Of a stretch of DNA of 64,000 nucleotides, positions 1-9,027 are shown piece by piece. Numbering within the stretch: the stretch's first letter is position 1; each line of letters begins with the position of its first letter. The DNA lies in NCBI GenBank assembly GCA_016179185.1, contig JACORW010000080.1, positions 18,629-82,628 on the forward strand, read 5' to 3'. The position numbers were made by a program, and so were the translations under genes. A model generated the notes under the pieces. The model made no database searches, was not told the DNA's origin, and saw only the letters and a program-made list of their open reading frames with translations. This stretch comes from Gammaproteobacteria bacterium (GTDB lineage Bacteria; Pseudomonadota; Gammaproteobacteria; Eutrophobiales; Eutrophobiaceae).

Positions 1-255
1 TACCCTTGTGCGCGCAACAGGCGTCGCCTGACCATGCACAGATTTGCCAGCGCGCAGGCCACCTCCAGCCGGTGCAGATAGCCGTTCACAGTACACACCG
101 CCTGAAGGGGCGGCCGCGGCAAGAATAGAAGGAGGTGTGGCCCGGAATGAACTTCCAGCAAAGATAAAAATGGACGTAGATTATTTGCGGTAGAAATTAG
201 GGTACCTGTACTAGCATTCGTCCTTCGGAGTGACCCTGCGGGTTCCTCACGCAGG

Positions 256-627
256 GTGTCTGGTTTGCAGCATTGGGTGAAGTCAGACTTACCGATGGAC
301 TTTCATCCCAAAGCCCCGGCCATTTTTGCGCCGAGGAAGGTCACGGATTACCTGCTTTCAAGCACTCATCCCATTGGCCGCTTCAAATCTGCCTTTTTCC
401 GGTCTCTCGGCTATTCGGCAGAGGCGCCAAAGGTCCTTGAACGGGACCTTGTTGCGCTGCTGAAAAGCGACTTTCATCCGGCGGAGGCGACAGAATTCGG
501 TCAAAAGTATGTATCGCGCGGACAACTTCAGGGTCCAAACGGCCGCGCAGGCCGGGTTCTGGTCATCTGGATTATACTAGCTGGTGAAACTGCGCCACGT
601 TTTGTAACCGCTTACCCCGAGGAATAG
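256..627 (+). CDS. DUF6883-like small protein, first gene of a two-gene toxin-antitoxin-like module
   Basis: 123-aa ORF (GTG start in the table; an in-frame ATG at 295 is equally possible). 'STHPIGRFKSAFFRSLGY' and the C-terminal 'RVLVIWIILAGETAPRFVTAYP' match my recollection of the DUF6883 family. The next ORF starts 4 nt after its stop. The region is visibly less GC-rich than most of the window. Confidence 0.5.
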   Translation: MSGLQHWVKSDLPMDFHPKAPAIFAPRKVTDYLLSSTHPIGRFKSAFFRSLGYSAEAPKVLERDLVALLKSDFHPAEATEFGQKYVSRGQLQGPNGRAGRVLVIWIILAGETAPRFVTAYPEE

Positions 628-630
628 AAG

Positions 631-861
631 ATGACGTACCGAGAACTCGATACAGTCGTGGTTACCGAAGACGTCCCGGCCCACGATTTGAAGAAGGGAG
701 ACGTAGGTGCAGTGGTGCACGTGTATTCGCCCCTGGCCATCGAACTGGAGTTTGTAACTGCCACCGGTAGCACGCGGGCAGTGGTAACGCTGCGCACAGA
801 TTGCGTGCGGCCGGCAGGTCGCAAGGACCTTCTTGCGGTTCGGCAATTGGACGCGGCCTGA
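631..861 (+). CDS. DUF4926-like small protein, second gene of the module
   Basis: 76 aa. 'LDTVVVTEDVPAHDLKKGDVGAVVHVYSP...ELEFVTATG' is the short SH3-like pattern I associate with DUF4926. It sits tightly behind 256..627. Confidence 0.5.
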   Translation: MTYRELDTVVVTEDVPAHDLKKGDVGAVVHVYSPLAIELEFVTATGSTRAVVTLRTDCVRPAGRKDLLAVRQLDAA

Positions 862-916
862 CAACCACATTCGGGTGATTTAGTGCACCAGTAGTTGGCC
901 GAACTCGAGATGCTCT

Positions 917-1402
917 TCACCGGATTCGGAGTTTCGCCATCTCGCCGTCAGCCTGTCCCGCTGCCGCCTTTTTGATCGCCGCGCGGATGCGCTGGTAAGT
1001 ACCGCAACGGCACAGGTTGCCGGCCATCGCCGCATCGATCTCGGCATCCGAAGGGTTCGGATTCTCCGCAAGCAGCGCCGCGGCCGACATGATCTGGCCC
1101 GACTGGCAGTACCCGCATTGCGGTACGGAGATTTCCTGCCATGCGGCCTGCACCGGGTGGGAGCCGTCGGCGCTGAGTCCTTCGATCGTGGTGACCTTCT
1201 TTCCCTCGACGGCCCGCAGCGGCGTGACGCAGGAACGCACCGCTGCGCCGTCCACGTGCACGGTGCAGGCGCCGCACTGCGCAATACCGCAGCCGAACTT
1301 GGTTCCCGTCAACCCGAGATGATCGCGCAGCACCCAGAGCAACGGCGTCTCCGGCTCCACGTTGAGTCCGACCACGTTCCCGTTTATGGTCAGTTTCGTC
1401 AT
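917..1402 (-). CDS. [2Fe-2S]-binding small subunit of a xanthine-dehydrogenase-family molybdenum hydroxylase (IorA / aldehyde-oxidase small-subunit type)
   Basis: 161 aa with two Cys clusters: '[12 protein letters not shown]' ... 'C' and 'CGYCQSG...CRCGTY'. It lies 19 nt downstream of the large-subunit gene on the same strand. Confidence 0.9.
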   Translation of the reverse strand: MTKLTINGNVVGLNVEPETPLLWVLRDHLGLTGTKFGCGIAQCGACTVHVDGAAVRSCVTPLRAVEGKKVTTIEGLSADGSHPVQAAWQEISVPQCGYCQSGQIMSAAALLAENPNPSDAEIDAAMAGNLCRCGTYQRIRAAIKKAAAGQADGEMAKLRIR

Positions 1403-1420
1403 TGCGCGCGCACCGGGACC

Positions 1421-3694
1421 CTATGCCAGGGCCTGCATGACCCGGTCCGGCGTCAGCGGAATGTGACGCAGCCGTTTTCCGGTCAGCGCCGCGAAGGCAT
1501 TGCCGATCGCCGCGGCCACGACCACGGTTCCGATCTCGCCGACGCTGGTCGGGTGAGCTTCGTTCCTGATCAACTGCACATGGATCGCCGGCGCATCGGG
1601 CAGGCGCATCACCGGGTACTCATGAAAATTGGTCTGCTGCGCCACGCCGTTTTTTATCGTGATGTGCTCGGTGAGTACGTTGCTGAGACCGAATACTGCG
1701 CCGCCCTCGAGCTGCGCGCGCAGGTTGTCCGGCTGGATCACGAGACCGGCATCCACCGCGATCCAGACATTGTGCGGCACGATTTTCCCGGACTTGCCTT
1801 CGACCGAGACCTCGAGCATGCAGGCGATCATGCTGTCGCCGTGATGGGAATAGGCCATGCCCAGCGCGCGCCCGTCCCGCGGTTTTCCCCAGGATGCCAT
1901 CTCGGCTGCGGTTTCCAGCACCTTCTGCGCCCGCTCCGAGCGGTGCAGCAACTTGAGACGCAGCGACAGCGGATCGGGGCCGGTTTCGGCCGCGAGTTCG
2001 TCCAGAAACGATTCGATTGCGAATTTGTTTGCCACCGACCCGACTCCGCGCATCGCATACACACGCATGCCGGTTTCCACTTCCAGGTACTCGGCCAGCC
2101 GGTTCGGGAGATCGTAGCAATACGGCAACGGCGTGCCATCCTGTCCCTGGTGTTCCGCGCCATGCATGCCGATGACGGGGGCGCCCTGCCAGGCGTCAAA
2201 CAGCAGCGGTTCGAAGCGCCGGATCGGATCCTCGCAGGCCACGCGATGGTGCCAGGCGCCGATCCCGCCGCGCTCATCCAGCGCCGCGCGCAGCAGGTGC
2301 GCGGACATCGGCCGGAAGTAGTCTCCCTGCATGTCATCTTCGCGGGTCCAGATCACCTTGACCGGTTTTTTCAGCATCTTCGCAAGCCAGGCGGCGTCCT
2401 CGACAAAATCCATCCCGTAGATGGAGCGGCGGCCGAATCCGCCTCCGATCAGCATGCGGTGTACTGTGACCCGCTCCGGGGCCACGCCGGTGATCTTTGC
2501 AACCGTGTCCAGCGTGTAAGCCGGCGCCTGCGTGCCCGCCCACACCTCCGCGCTGCTGCCGTCCCCGGAGACGGACACCACGGCGCTGAGCGGCTCGATG
2601 GCGGCGTGGTACATGTAATCGCTGCGATACTCGCGCTCGAAAATTTCCGGGGCGGCGGCGAACAGCGGGCCAATGTCGCCTTGCGCGTCCCACGGCAGTC
2701 CCGGCGTGGACAGATCGCGCGCCGCGGCGACGTTGACGTCCAAGGCCTTGTCGCTGTCGTAGTCATTGGCCGGACCCACCCGCTCCCAGTCAACGCGCAG
2801 TTTGCGGCGCGCGTTCAATGCCTCGTAGCTGCTGCGCGCGACAACGGCAACCTGGTGTTTGCCCCGGTGGATACCGAGGACGCCCGGCGCCCCGGCAGCC
2901 TGGGTATCGTCTACCGACTTTATCCGGGCGTCGGCGATCGGCGCGCGCGCCACCGATGCATGCACCATGTCCGGCACCTGCACGTCAATGCTGTATTGCA
3001 GCCCGCCGTGGATCTTGCCGGCGAGATCCTTGCGGAATACATCCGTGCCGATGAGCCGGAATTGCGAAGGTTTCTTGAGTTCTTCCGGCGCCACCCGCGG
3101 CATCTCTGCCGGCAATTTCGCGAACGCCGCGATTTCGCCGTAGCCGAGTCTGCGTCCCGATTTCCCGTGGATCACCACACTCGGCTCCGTGCGCAGCTCA
3201 CTGAGTGGAACCTGCCAGCGCTCCGCGGCGTTCTGGATCAGCACGCGCCGCGCGCCGGCGCCGAATTCGCGCAACCGGTCGAAATAGATGTTCACAGAGC
3301 GGGTCGCGACGGTGAAAATCATGTTGAGAAACGCCGGGTCGCCGTACACCTCGCCGATCGGCGGCGAGGGCTCCAGGCGCACGTCGTCCCAGCTCGCATC
3401 GAGTTCCTCCGCGACAATCACCGGCAACGCGGTCATCACGCCCTGGCCCATCTCGGCGGCCGGATAGTAGATGCGGATGGCGCCGTCCGTGGCGATGTGT
3501 ACGTAGGCGTTCAGTTCCAGACCTCGCGCCGGCGCAAGGCGAACCGCCGCGCCCGCCTTGGGCGAAAGTTGCAGCAGGCTGCCCAACGCCAGGCCGAAGG
3601 TCAGACCGGTACTTTGTTTGAGAAATCGCCTGCGAGCCTGTCCGGGGGCCGAAAGGGTCGTCGCGGCGCGTGCCGGTGAGGGAAGTGCCTTCAA
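1421..3694 (-). CDS. Molybdopterin-binding large subunit of a xanthine-dehydrogenase-family hydroxylase (IorB-like), Tat-exported
   Basis: 757 aa. N-terminal twin-arginine signal 'GQARRRFLKQSTGLTFGLALG'. Length and sequence character fit aldehyde oxidase/xanthine dehydrogenase large subunits. It is paired with the Fe-S subunit. Confidence 0.85.
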   Translation of the reverse strand: MKALPSPARAATTLSAPGQARRRFLKQSTGLTFGLALGSLLQLSPKAGAAVRLAPARGLELNAYVHIATDGAIRIYYPAAEMGQGVMTALPVIVAEELDASWDDVRLEPSPPIGEVYGDPAFLNMIFTVATRSVNIYFDRLREFGAGARRVLIQNAAERWQVPLSELRTEPSVVIHGKSGRRLGYGEIAAFAKLPAEMPRVAPEELKKPSQFRLIGTDVFRKDLAGKIHGGLQYSIDVQVPDMVHASVARAPIADARIKSVDDTQAAGAPGVLGIHRGKHQVAVVARSSYEALNARRKLRVDWERVGPANDYDSDKALDVNVAAARDLSTPGLPWDAQGDIGPLFAAAPEIFEREYRSDYMYHAAIEPLSAVVSVSGDGSSAEVWAGTQAPAYTLDTVAKITGVAPERVTVHRMLIGGGFGRRSIYGMDFVEDAAWLAKMLKKPVKVIWTREDDMQGDYFRPMSAHLLRAALDERGGIGAWHHRVACEDPIRRFEPLLFDAWQGAPVIGMHGAEHQGQDGTPLPYCYDLPNRLAEYLEVETGMRVYAMRGVGSVANKFAIESFLDELAAETGPDPLSLRLKLLHRSERAQKVLETAAEMASWGKPRDGRALGMAYSHHGDSMIACMLEVSVEGKSGKIVPHNVWIAVDAGLVIQPDNLRAQLEGGAVFGLSNVLTEHITIKNGVAQQTNFHEYPVMRLPDAPAIHVQLIRNEAHPTSVGEIGTVVVAAAIGNAFAALTGKRLRHIPLTPDRVMQALA

Positions 3695-3744
3695 GAAAAT
3701 GGGGCCGGAGCGGGTTTGAATGCGGGCGCGAATGCGGTATGGTT

Positions 3745-3760
3745 AGATTATAAATAATCT
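3745..3760. promoter_or_regulatory. AT-rich inverted repeat AGATTAT-AA-ATAATCT upstream of the first UbiD gene (candidate operator)
   Basis: Read directly: 'AGATTATAAATAATCT', 7-bp arms around AA, in the 72-nt-plus gap between divergent genes (3694 minus / 3808 plus). It stands out in GC-rich DNA. Confidence 0.35.
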
Positions 3761-3807
3761 TATCAATGAAAACACTAACAAACCGGGTACAGAGGAGGGA
3801 GGAGGCA

Positions 3808-5421
3808 ATGACCCAGGCTCAGAAGAAGACATCCCCGGCGCCGCAGCGCGGCGCGACCACCACCAATCATCCGGACAAGGTCCCCGCGGACCTTTCCGAC
3901 TACATGGCCCTGCTGGAAAAGGAGGGCGAACTGGTGCGCGTCCCGGACGCCGTGGACCCGCGCAATTTCGAGTTGTCTTCGATGGTGCAGCTCATGGAGA
4001 ACGGCCCGAACAAGGCCGTCCTGTTCGAGAACGTGAAAGGATTCCGGGACATGCCGGTGGTGGCGAACCTGTACGGCAGCGTGCACCGGGCGGCGCTGGC
4101 GCTCGGCATCGAGCCCAGTGCGCAGCAGATCGAACAATACAAGGATGACCCGCGCGGCAGTCCCGGCAGCACCGCCGGCATGTCGGGCCGCAAGTTCAAT
4201 GCCTTCGCCATGGACGCCCGCTCCCGGGCCGAACTGATCCTAATCAAGGAACTGCTGCTGGAGGCCGATCAACGCGCCCATGCCAAAGAATGCCCCTATG
4301 TCATTGTCAACTCCGGTCCCTGCCAGGAAGTGGTCATCACGGAAAACCTGGATCTGCTGAAGATGCTGCCCGTGGTCTGGCACCTGAAGCAGGACGCGAG
4401 CCCGTACATCACGCCCGCCGGCTGCGTGCAGAAGGATCCCGAGAACGGCATCCTGAACATCGGCGTGCGCCGCCACATGGTGTGCCCGGAACGCTACGGG
4501 CCGAAGCGCATGGGCGTGCAGATCGGCACGCAGACGCCGGGAGGCAAGATCCTGCAGAAATGGCACGAGCAGGGGAAGGCGTGCCCGATGGCGCTCTGTC
4601 TCGGCACCGATCCGGCCACGGCGATCCTGTCCACCTATTCCTCGCCGCACTACTGGATGGATCCGCCCTACAGCGAGTTCGACATGACCGGCGTCATCCG
4701 TGGCAAGCCGCTGGAACTGGTGAAGTGCAAGACCATTGATGTGGAGGTTCCCGCCAACTCTGCCATTGTCATTGAGGGATTCTGCCCGCCGCCGCCCGAC
4801 AACAAGATTGACGAAGGTCCGATGATGGAGTTCACCGACTACTCTGGAACCGTCGTGGAGGCAATTCCCTACATGGAAGTCACCGCGATCACGATGCGCC
4901 GGAACCCGGTGTTTCACACCACTATGTCCGGCAATTCGGAGGAACATCGGGTCGGTTGCATCTGGGCCTTCTTTGGCTACGAACAGATGGCGCTGGCGCT
5001 GATCCGCAAGCAGTTCCATCACGTCAAGGACATCGGCATCATGGCCGGGTCCCATGGTTTCCACGCCGTTGTTTCGCTGAAGAAGACCTATGAGGGCGAG
5101 GATCGGCAGGTGCTGAACTACCTGCTGTCCACGCAGTATTTCAAGTATGTCACCGTCGTGGACGACGACGTCGACCCGCATAACAGTGAGCAGGTGGAAT
5201 GGGCGAAGGCCTGCCGTGCCGGCCGCACGCCGGACGACTTCGTCGTGTTTCCGAAACTGCCGACCTGGGAAATGGACCCCGAAATTGACAAGCACTGGCA
5301 GGTCGCGAAGCTCGGCATCCTCGCGACCCGCGCCATTGATCAGACGTACGAAGTGCCGGCGCCGGATCGTCAGGTCATGGAACGCATGCGGCCGGTGTTC
5401 GAGAAGTACCTCATCAAATAA
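3808..5421 (+). CDS. UbiD-family (prFMN-dependent) decarboxylase, paralogue 1
   Basis: Table ORF 3766..5421. I prefer the ATG at 3808 because 'GAGGAGGGAGGAGG' lies just upstream. UbiD-like length and the motif 'DEGPMMEFTDY' (a variant of the family 'EGPFGE' di-glutamate motif). Confidence 0.8.
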   Translation: MTQAQKKTSPAPQRGATTTNHPDKVPADLSDYMALLEKEGELVRVPDAVDPRNFELSSMVQLMENGPNKAVLFENVKGFRDMPVVANLYGSVHRAALALGIEPSAQQIEQYKDDPRGSPGSTAGMSGRKFNAFAMDARSRAELILIKELLLEADQRAHAKECPYVIVNSGPCQEVVITENLDLLKMLPVVWHLKQDASPYITPAGCVQKDPENGILNIGVRRHMVCPERYGPKRMGVQIGTQTPGGKILQKWHEQGKACPMALCLGTDPATAILSTYSSPHYWMDPPYSEFDMTGVIRGKPLELVKCKTIDVEVPANSAIVIEGFCPPPPDNKIDEGPMMEFTDYSGTVVEAIPYMEVTAITMRRNPVFHTTMSGNSEEHRVGCIWAFFGYEQMALALIRKQFHHVKDIGIMAGSHGFHAVVSLKKTYEGEDRQVLNYLLSTQYFKYVTVVDDDVDPHNSEQVEWAKACRAGRTPDDFVVFPKLPTWEMDPEIDKHWQVAKLGILATRAIDQTYEVPAPDRQVMERMRPVFEKYLIK

Positions 5422-5734
5422 TACTTCGTTTCAGCGGAGCTTTACCGAATTCTTCCGGCACAAGTTCTCCAGTGCCCGCACTCGCGGCCGATGCGCAGGG
5501 GTCAGCACGTCATTGAAGCGCGGCCGCGCACGGCAATCATGACGCGTGCCTGGGCGGTTTTGTCCACTTGCGCATGGCGTGCACATAACTAATAGTGTGT
5601 TGTTCGCGGAAGTTATGACCTTCGAGGACTGCAAGGTCCGACGGCGCCGTGTGTACTATTGCGATCCCGACGCAGAAATACCCGGTCTCCGGAAGCTCCC
5701 CTCCAGACTCCGCCGTACCCCGGCGCGAATTTTC

Positions 5735-5749
5735 TGTATACTGTATACA
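5735..5749. promoter_or_regulatory. 15-bp perfect palindrome TGTATAC-T-GTATACA (candidate GntR-family operator), 20 nt upstream of the aldehyde dehydrogenase start
   Basis: Read directly. The reverse-complement form TGTATAC-A-GTATACA recurs at 12065..12079. It contains two GT-AT-AC cores of the kind GntR/FadR-type regulators recognise. Confidence 0.5.
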
Positions 5750-5768
5750 AAAACCAGACTGCCTGCCC

Positions 5769-7274
5769 ATGCGCCCCAACGACCTATCCACGCTTTTGCC
5801 GTCCGTCGTGGCCTTTCTGGGCGCGACACCGGGGCTGCTCATCGACGGCCGGCGCGTGCCCGCCGCGTCCGGTCGCACCTTCACCGTAACGGACCCGTCA
5901 TCGGGCCGTGAGATCAGCCGTGTGCCCGAGGGCGGTGCGGAGGACGTCGACCGCGCCGTGGCGGCGGCGCGCCGGGCATTCCGTGACGGGCCGTGGCGGG
6001 AGTTTCGCGCCACGGAACGCGAGCGGCGCCTGCTGAAGCTCGCGGACCTGCTGGAACGCCACGGTGATGAGTTCGCGCAGATCGAGAGCGTGAACAGCGG
6101 CCGCACGCTCGTGAACACGAAGCTCTTCGACGTCGATTTGTCCGTGGATTACCTGCGCTACATGGCGGGCTGGGCCACGAAGATCCACGGCGAAACCGCG
6201 GACCTGACCGTGCCATACCTGCCCGACAACCACTTCTTCGGCATGACGTTGCGAGAACCAGTCGGTGTCGTCGGCGCCATCACGCCCTGGAACGTGCCCC
6301 TCGGCCAGGCTATCTGGAAGCTGGCGCCGGCGCTGGCCACCGGCTGTACCATCGTGCTCAAGCCCGCCGAGCAGACGCCGCTGACGGCGTTGCGCTTCGC
6401 CGATTTGATCGAGGAGGCGGATTTTCCGCCCGGCGTCGTCAACATCGTCACGGGGTTTGGCGAGACCGCGGGCGCGGCGCTTGTAGAGCATCCGCGCGTG
6501 GACAAGATCTCCTTCACCGGTTCCACGGAAGTGGGCCGGCGCATCGGCGCCCAGGCCGCGGCGGCGTTCAAGCGCTTCACGCTGGAGCTGGGCGGCAAGT
6601 CGCCGGTGGTCGTGCTGGCGGATGCAGATCTGCGCGAGGCGATTCCCGGCGCCGCATGGGCCATCTTCGGCAATCATGGCCAGAACTGCTGCGCCGGCTC
6701 GCGGCTTCTGGTTCATGCCAGCCTGTACGACGAGATCCTTGCCGGTGTCGCGGAAATCGCGCGCAAAATCCGCCTCGGCCCGGGTCTCGATCCCGTCACG
6801 GAAATGGGCCCGCTGGTGTCGCGCGCGCAGCAGGAGCACGTCATGTCCTACATCCGCTCCGCCGTCTCCGCGGGCGCGCGCGTGCTGGCCGGCGGAAATG
6901 CCGTGCCAGGACCCGGTTGTTACGTCCAACCGACCGTGATCACCGATACGACGCCGGATATGGCCGCCGTGCGCGAGGAGATCTTCGGCCCAGTGCTGTG
7001 CGCGATGAGGTTTGACACCGAGGCAGAGGCCCTGGCCCGCGCCAACGACACGCAGTTCGGGCTCGGCGCCAGCATCTGGACGCGGGACGTTTCAAAGGCG
7101 CACCATTTCATACGCAGGCTCAACGCCGGGACGGTCTGGGTAAACACCCATAACGTTTTGGATCTTGGCCTGCCGTTCGGCGGATTCAAGCATTCGGGCA
7201 TGGGACATGAACTGGGCCAGGAAGCCATTCACCATCACACGCTGCTCAAGTCAGCGGTGATCAAACTGGGCTGA
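5769..7274 (+). CDS. NAD(P)-dependent aldehyde dehydrogenase
   Basis: Table ORF 5649..7274, trimmed to the ATG at 5769 ('MRPNDLSTLLPSV'). 'ELGGKSP' and the catalytic-Cys motif 'GQNCCAGSR'. 'GSTEVG' is present. Confidence 0.9.
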   Translation: MRPNDLSTLLPSVVAFLGATPGLLIDGRRVPAASGRTFTVTDPSSGREISRVPEGGAEDVDRAVAAARRAFRDGPWREFRATERERRLLKLADLLERHGDEFAQIESVNSGRTLVNTKLFDVDLSVDYLRYMAGWATKIHGETADLTVPYLPDNHFFGMTLREPVGVVGAITPWNVPLGQAIWKLAPALATGCTIVLKPAEQTPLTALRFADLIEEADFPPGVVNIVTGFGETAGAALVEHPRVDKISFTGSTEVGRRIGAQAAAAFKRFTLELGGKSPVVVLADADLREAIPGAAWAIFGNHGQNCCAGSRLLVHASLYDEILAGVAEIARKIRLGPGLDPVTEMGPLVSRAQQEHVMSYIRSAVSAGARVLAGGNAVPGPGCYVQPTVITDTTPDMAAVREEIFGPVLCAMRFDTEAEALARANDTQFGLGASIWTRDVSKAHHFIRRLNAGTVWVNTHNVLDLGLPFGGFKHSGMGHELGQEAIHHHTLLKSAVIKLG

Positions 7275-7287
7275 AGGGGGCTGACCC

Positions 7288-8481
7288 ATGCCGGTGCGTG
7301 TGGGGTTGGGCTGGTGCGTGATGCTGCTGCTGGGCGCGGGCCCTGTGGCGGCCGGCGACGCCTTGCACCAGGAGGACATCATCGGCAAGGTGAAACGGCT
7401 TCCCTCCGCGCCTGCGCCCCACTGGATCTGGGTCAATGACGCGGCGCTGAGCTCCATGCCTGACGGCCGGGCCATGCTCGTGGACGGTGACACGGGCACC
7501 GTGCTGGGTATGCTCGGCACGGGTTATTCTTTTGCCGCGCTCACGCACGCGCTCGTGCCCCGCGGCGAGTTCTATTCGGCGGAAACCTACTACAGTCGCC
7601 ACACGCGCGGCGCGCGTACGGACATTGTGACGATCCGCGACGCGGAGACGCTGGCCGTCCGCGCGGAGGTGCCTCTGCCGCCTAAGCGTGCCTCCACGAT
7701 CCCGCGCTTGAACGACGCGGCCATCACCGACGACGGCCGTTTCATGGCGGTGTTCAACCTGACTCCGGCCACGTCCCTCAGCATCGTGGACGTGGAGGCG
7801 CGCCGCTTCGTCGGCGAGATTGGCATCCCCGGCTGCAGCCTCGTGTTTCCCGCCGGACCGCGCGCGCTGTTTTCCCTGTGTTTCAATGGCGAGGCCCTTG
7901 TCACCGAGCTGCGCGATGATGGTGCGCTGGCGAGGCAGTACCGCGTCGAGAAGATCTTCGACGCCGAGGGGGATTTCATCGCCGACAACGGCGCCCGACA
8001 CGGTGATGCGTGGCTGTTCCCGTCGCTAGACGGCAACCTGTACACGCTGGACTTCTCGTCCGGCGTGCTGAAGGCGCTGCCGCCGTGGCCGCTGCTCGCG
8101 CCAGAGGAGGTCCGCGCCGGCTGGCGCATGAGCGGCTTTCAGGGTGTCGCGGCCCATGACAGGCGCCACGAGCTTTATTTCCTGGTGCACCAGGGCACGC
8201 CCGACACCTACAAGGACTTCGGCACCGAGGTGTGGGTGTACGAATTGGCGCACAGGACGGCAGTGCGCCGTATCGCGCTGCGCCATCCCGCGGTGTCGAT
8301 CGCCGTGAGCGCGGACGACGACCCCATGCTGGGGGCCGTTTCCATGGACACGGCGGAACTGCATCTGTACGGTGCCGTCACAGGGCGGCACTTGCGCACC
8401 GTCGCCGAAGTGGGTGTGACATCCACACTGTTGCAGTTCCCCTGGCGTGACACGCCGGAGAAAACTTCGCCCGAGCGATGA
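7288..8481 (+). CDS. mauB: TTQ-dependent amine dehydrogenase heavy (large) subunit, MauB/AauB type beta-propeller
   Basis: 397 aa with a signal peptide 'LGWCVMLLLGAGPVAAG'. The sequence resembles methylamine/aromatic amine dehydrogenase heavy chains as I recall them, and the light-chain gene follows immediately. RBS-like 'AAGGGGG' lies upstream. Confidence 0.75.
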   Translation: MPVRVGLGWCVMLLLGAGPVAAGDALHQEDIIGKVKRLPSAPAPHWIWVNDAALSSMPDGRAMLVDGDTGTVLGMLGTGYSFAALTHALVPRGEFYSAETYYSRHTRGARTDIVTIRDAETLAVRAEVPLPPKRASTIPRLNDAAITDDGRFMAVFNLTPATSLSIVDVEARRFVGEIGIPGCSLVFPAGPRALFSLCFNGEALVTELRDDGALARQYRVEKIFDAEGDFIADNGARHGDAWLFPSLDGNLYTLDFSSGVLKALPPWPLLAPEEVRAGWRMSGFQGVAAHDRRHELYFLVHQGTPDTYKDFGTEVWVYELAHRTAVRRIALRHPAVSIAVSADDDPMLGAVSMDTAELHLYGAVTGRHLRTVAEVGVTSTLLQFPWRDTPEKTSPER

Positions 8482-8485
8482 GCCC

Positions 8486-9010
8486 ATGAACCGATTTGAC
8501 CGCTGGTTTGCGCACGCCTCGCGCCACGTGGCGCGCCACACGTCGCGCCGCAGTTTCCTCACGCTGCTGGGCGCCTCCCTCGCGGGCGTTTCCGGATTCC
8601 CGGTACTGCCCGTGGCCCGTGCCGCAGAGCAGCGCGGAAGCGCTGCCGCTGACCCAGTGCAGGACCCCAACCATTGCGAATACTGGCGCAATTGCGGTAT
8701 GGATGGATTCCTGTGTGGCTGCTGCGGCGGCAGTTCCACCAGCTGCCCGCCGGGCACCGAGATGGCGAAGACCACATGGATCGGCACGTGCCGCGATCCC
8801 TCGGACGGCAGGGATTACATCATTGCCTACAATGATTGCTGCGGGATGAGCACCTGCAACCGCTGCATGTGTGGCCGCCACGAAGGTGACCGACCCATCT
8901 ATTACCCGGCCAAGAGCAACAACGTCAACTGGTGTGCAAGCGCCTCGACCAACGTTTACCATTGCACCACTACGCTGCTACTGGGTTTGTCCGAACCCGA
9001 GCCCCCCTGA
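8486..9010 (+). CDS. mauA: TTQ-dependent amine dehydrogenase light (small) subunit, MauA/AauA type
   Basis: Table ORF 8447..9010, trimmed to the ATG at 8486. Tat-type leader 'TSRRSFLTLLGASLAG'. The mature part 'CEYWRNCGMDGFLCGCCGGSSTSCPPGTEMAKTTWIGTC...YIIAYNDCCG...NVNWCAS...YHCTT' lines up with the Cys-rich MADH light chain, including both TTQ tryptophans (TTW, VNW). Confidence 0.85.
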   Translation: MNRFDRWFAHASRHVARHTSRRSFLTLLGASLAGVSGFPVLPVARAAEQRGSAAADPVQDPNHCEYWRNCGMDGFLCGCCGGSSTSCPPGTEMAKTTWIGTCRDPSDGRDYIIAYNDCCGMSTCNRCMCGRHEGDRPIYYPAKSNNVNWCASASTNVYHCTTTLLLGLSEPEPP

Positions 9011-9027
9011 GCACCATCTATCGGCCC

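Noticed and set aside
1-255. Possible gene or RNA at the extreme left edge
   Set aside because: There is no ORF of useful length and no recognisable RNA motif. I see only a short hairpin (CCTGCG...CGCAGG around 234..254) just before the first ORF, and that is insufficient evidence for any call.
1118-3679. 853-aa plus-strand ORF, the longest in this part of the track
   Set aside because: It is entirely antisense to the 757-aa molybdopterin-subunit ORF, which has a Tat signal and family-like sequence. Its translation is Arg/His/Gly/Ala-rich with no recognisable motif, which is the typical shadow ORF of GC-rich DNA.
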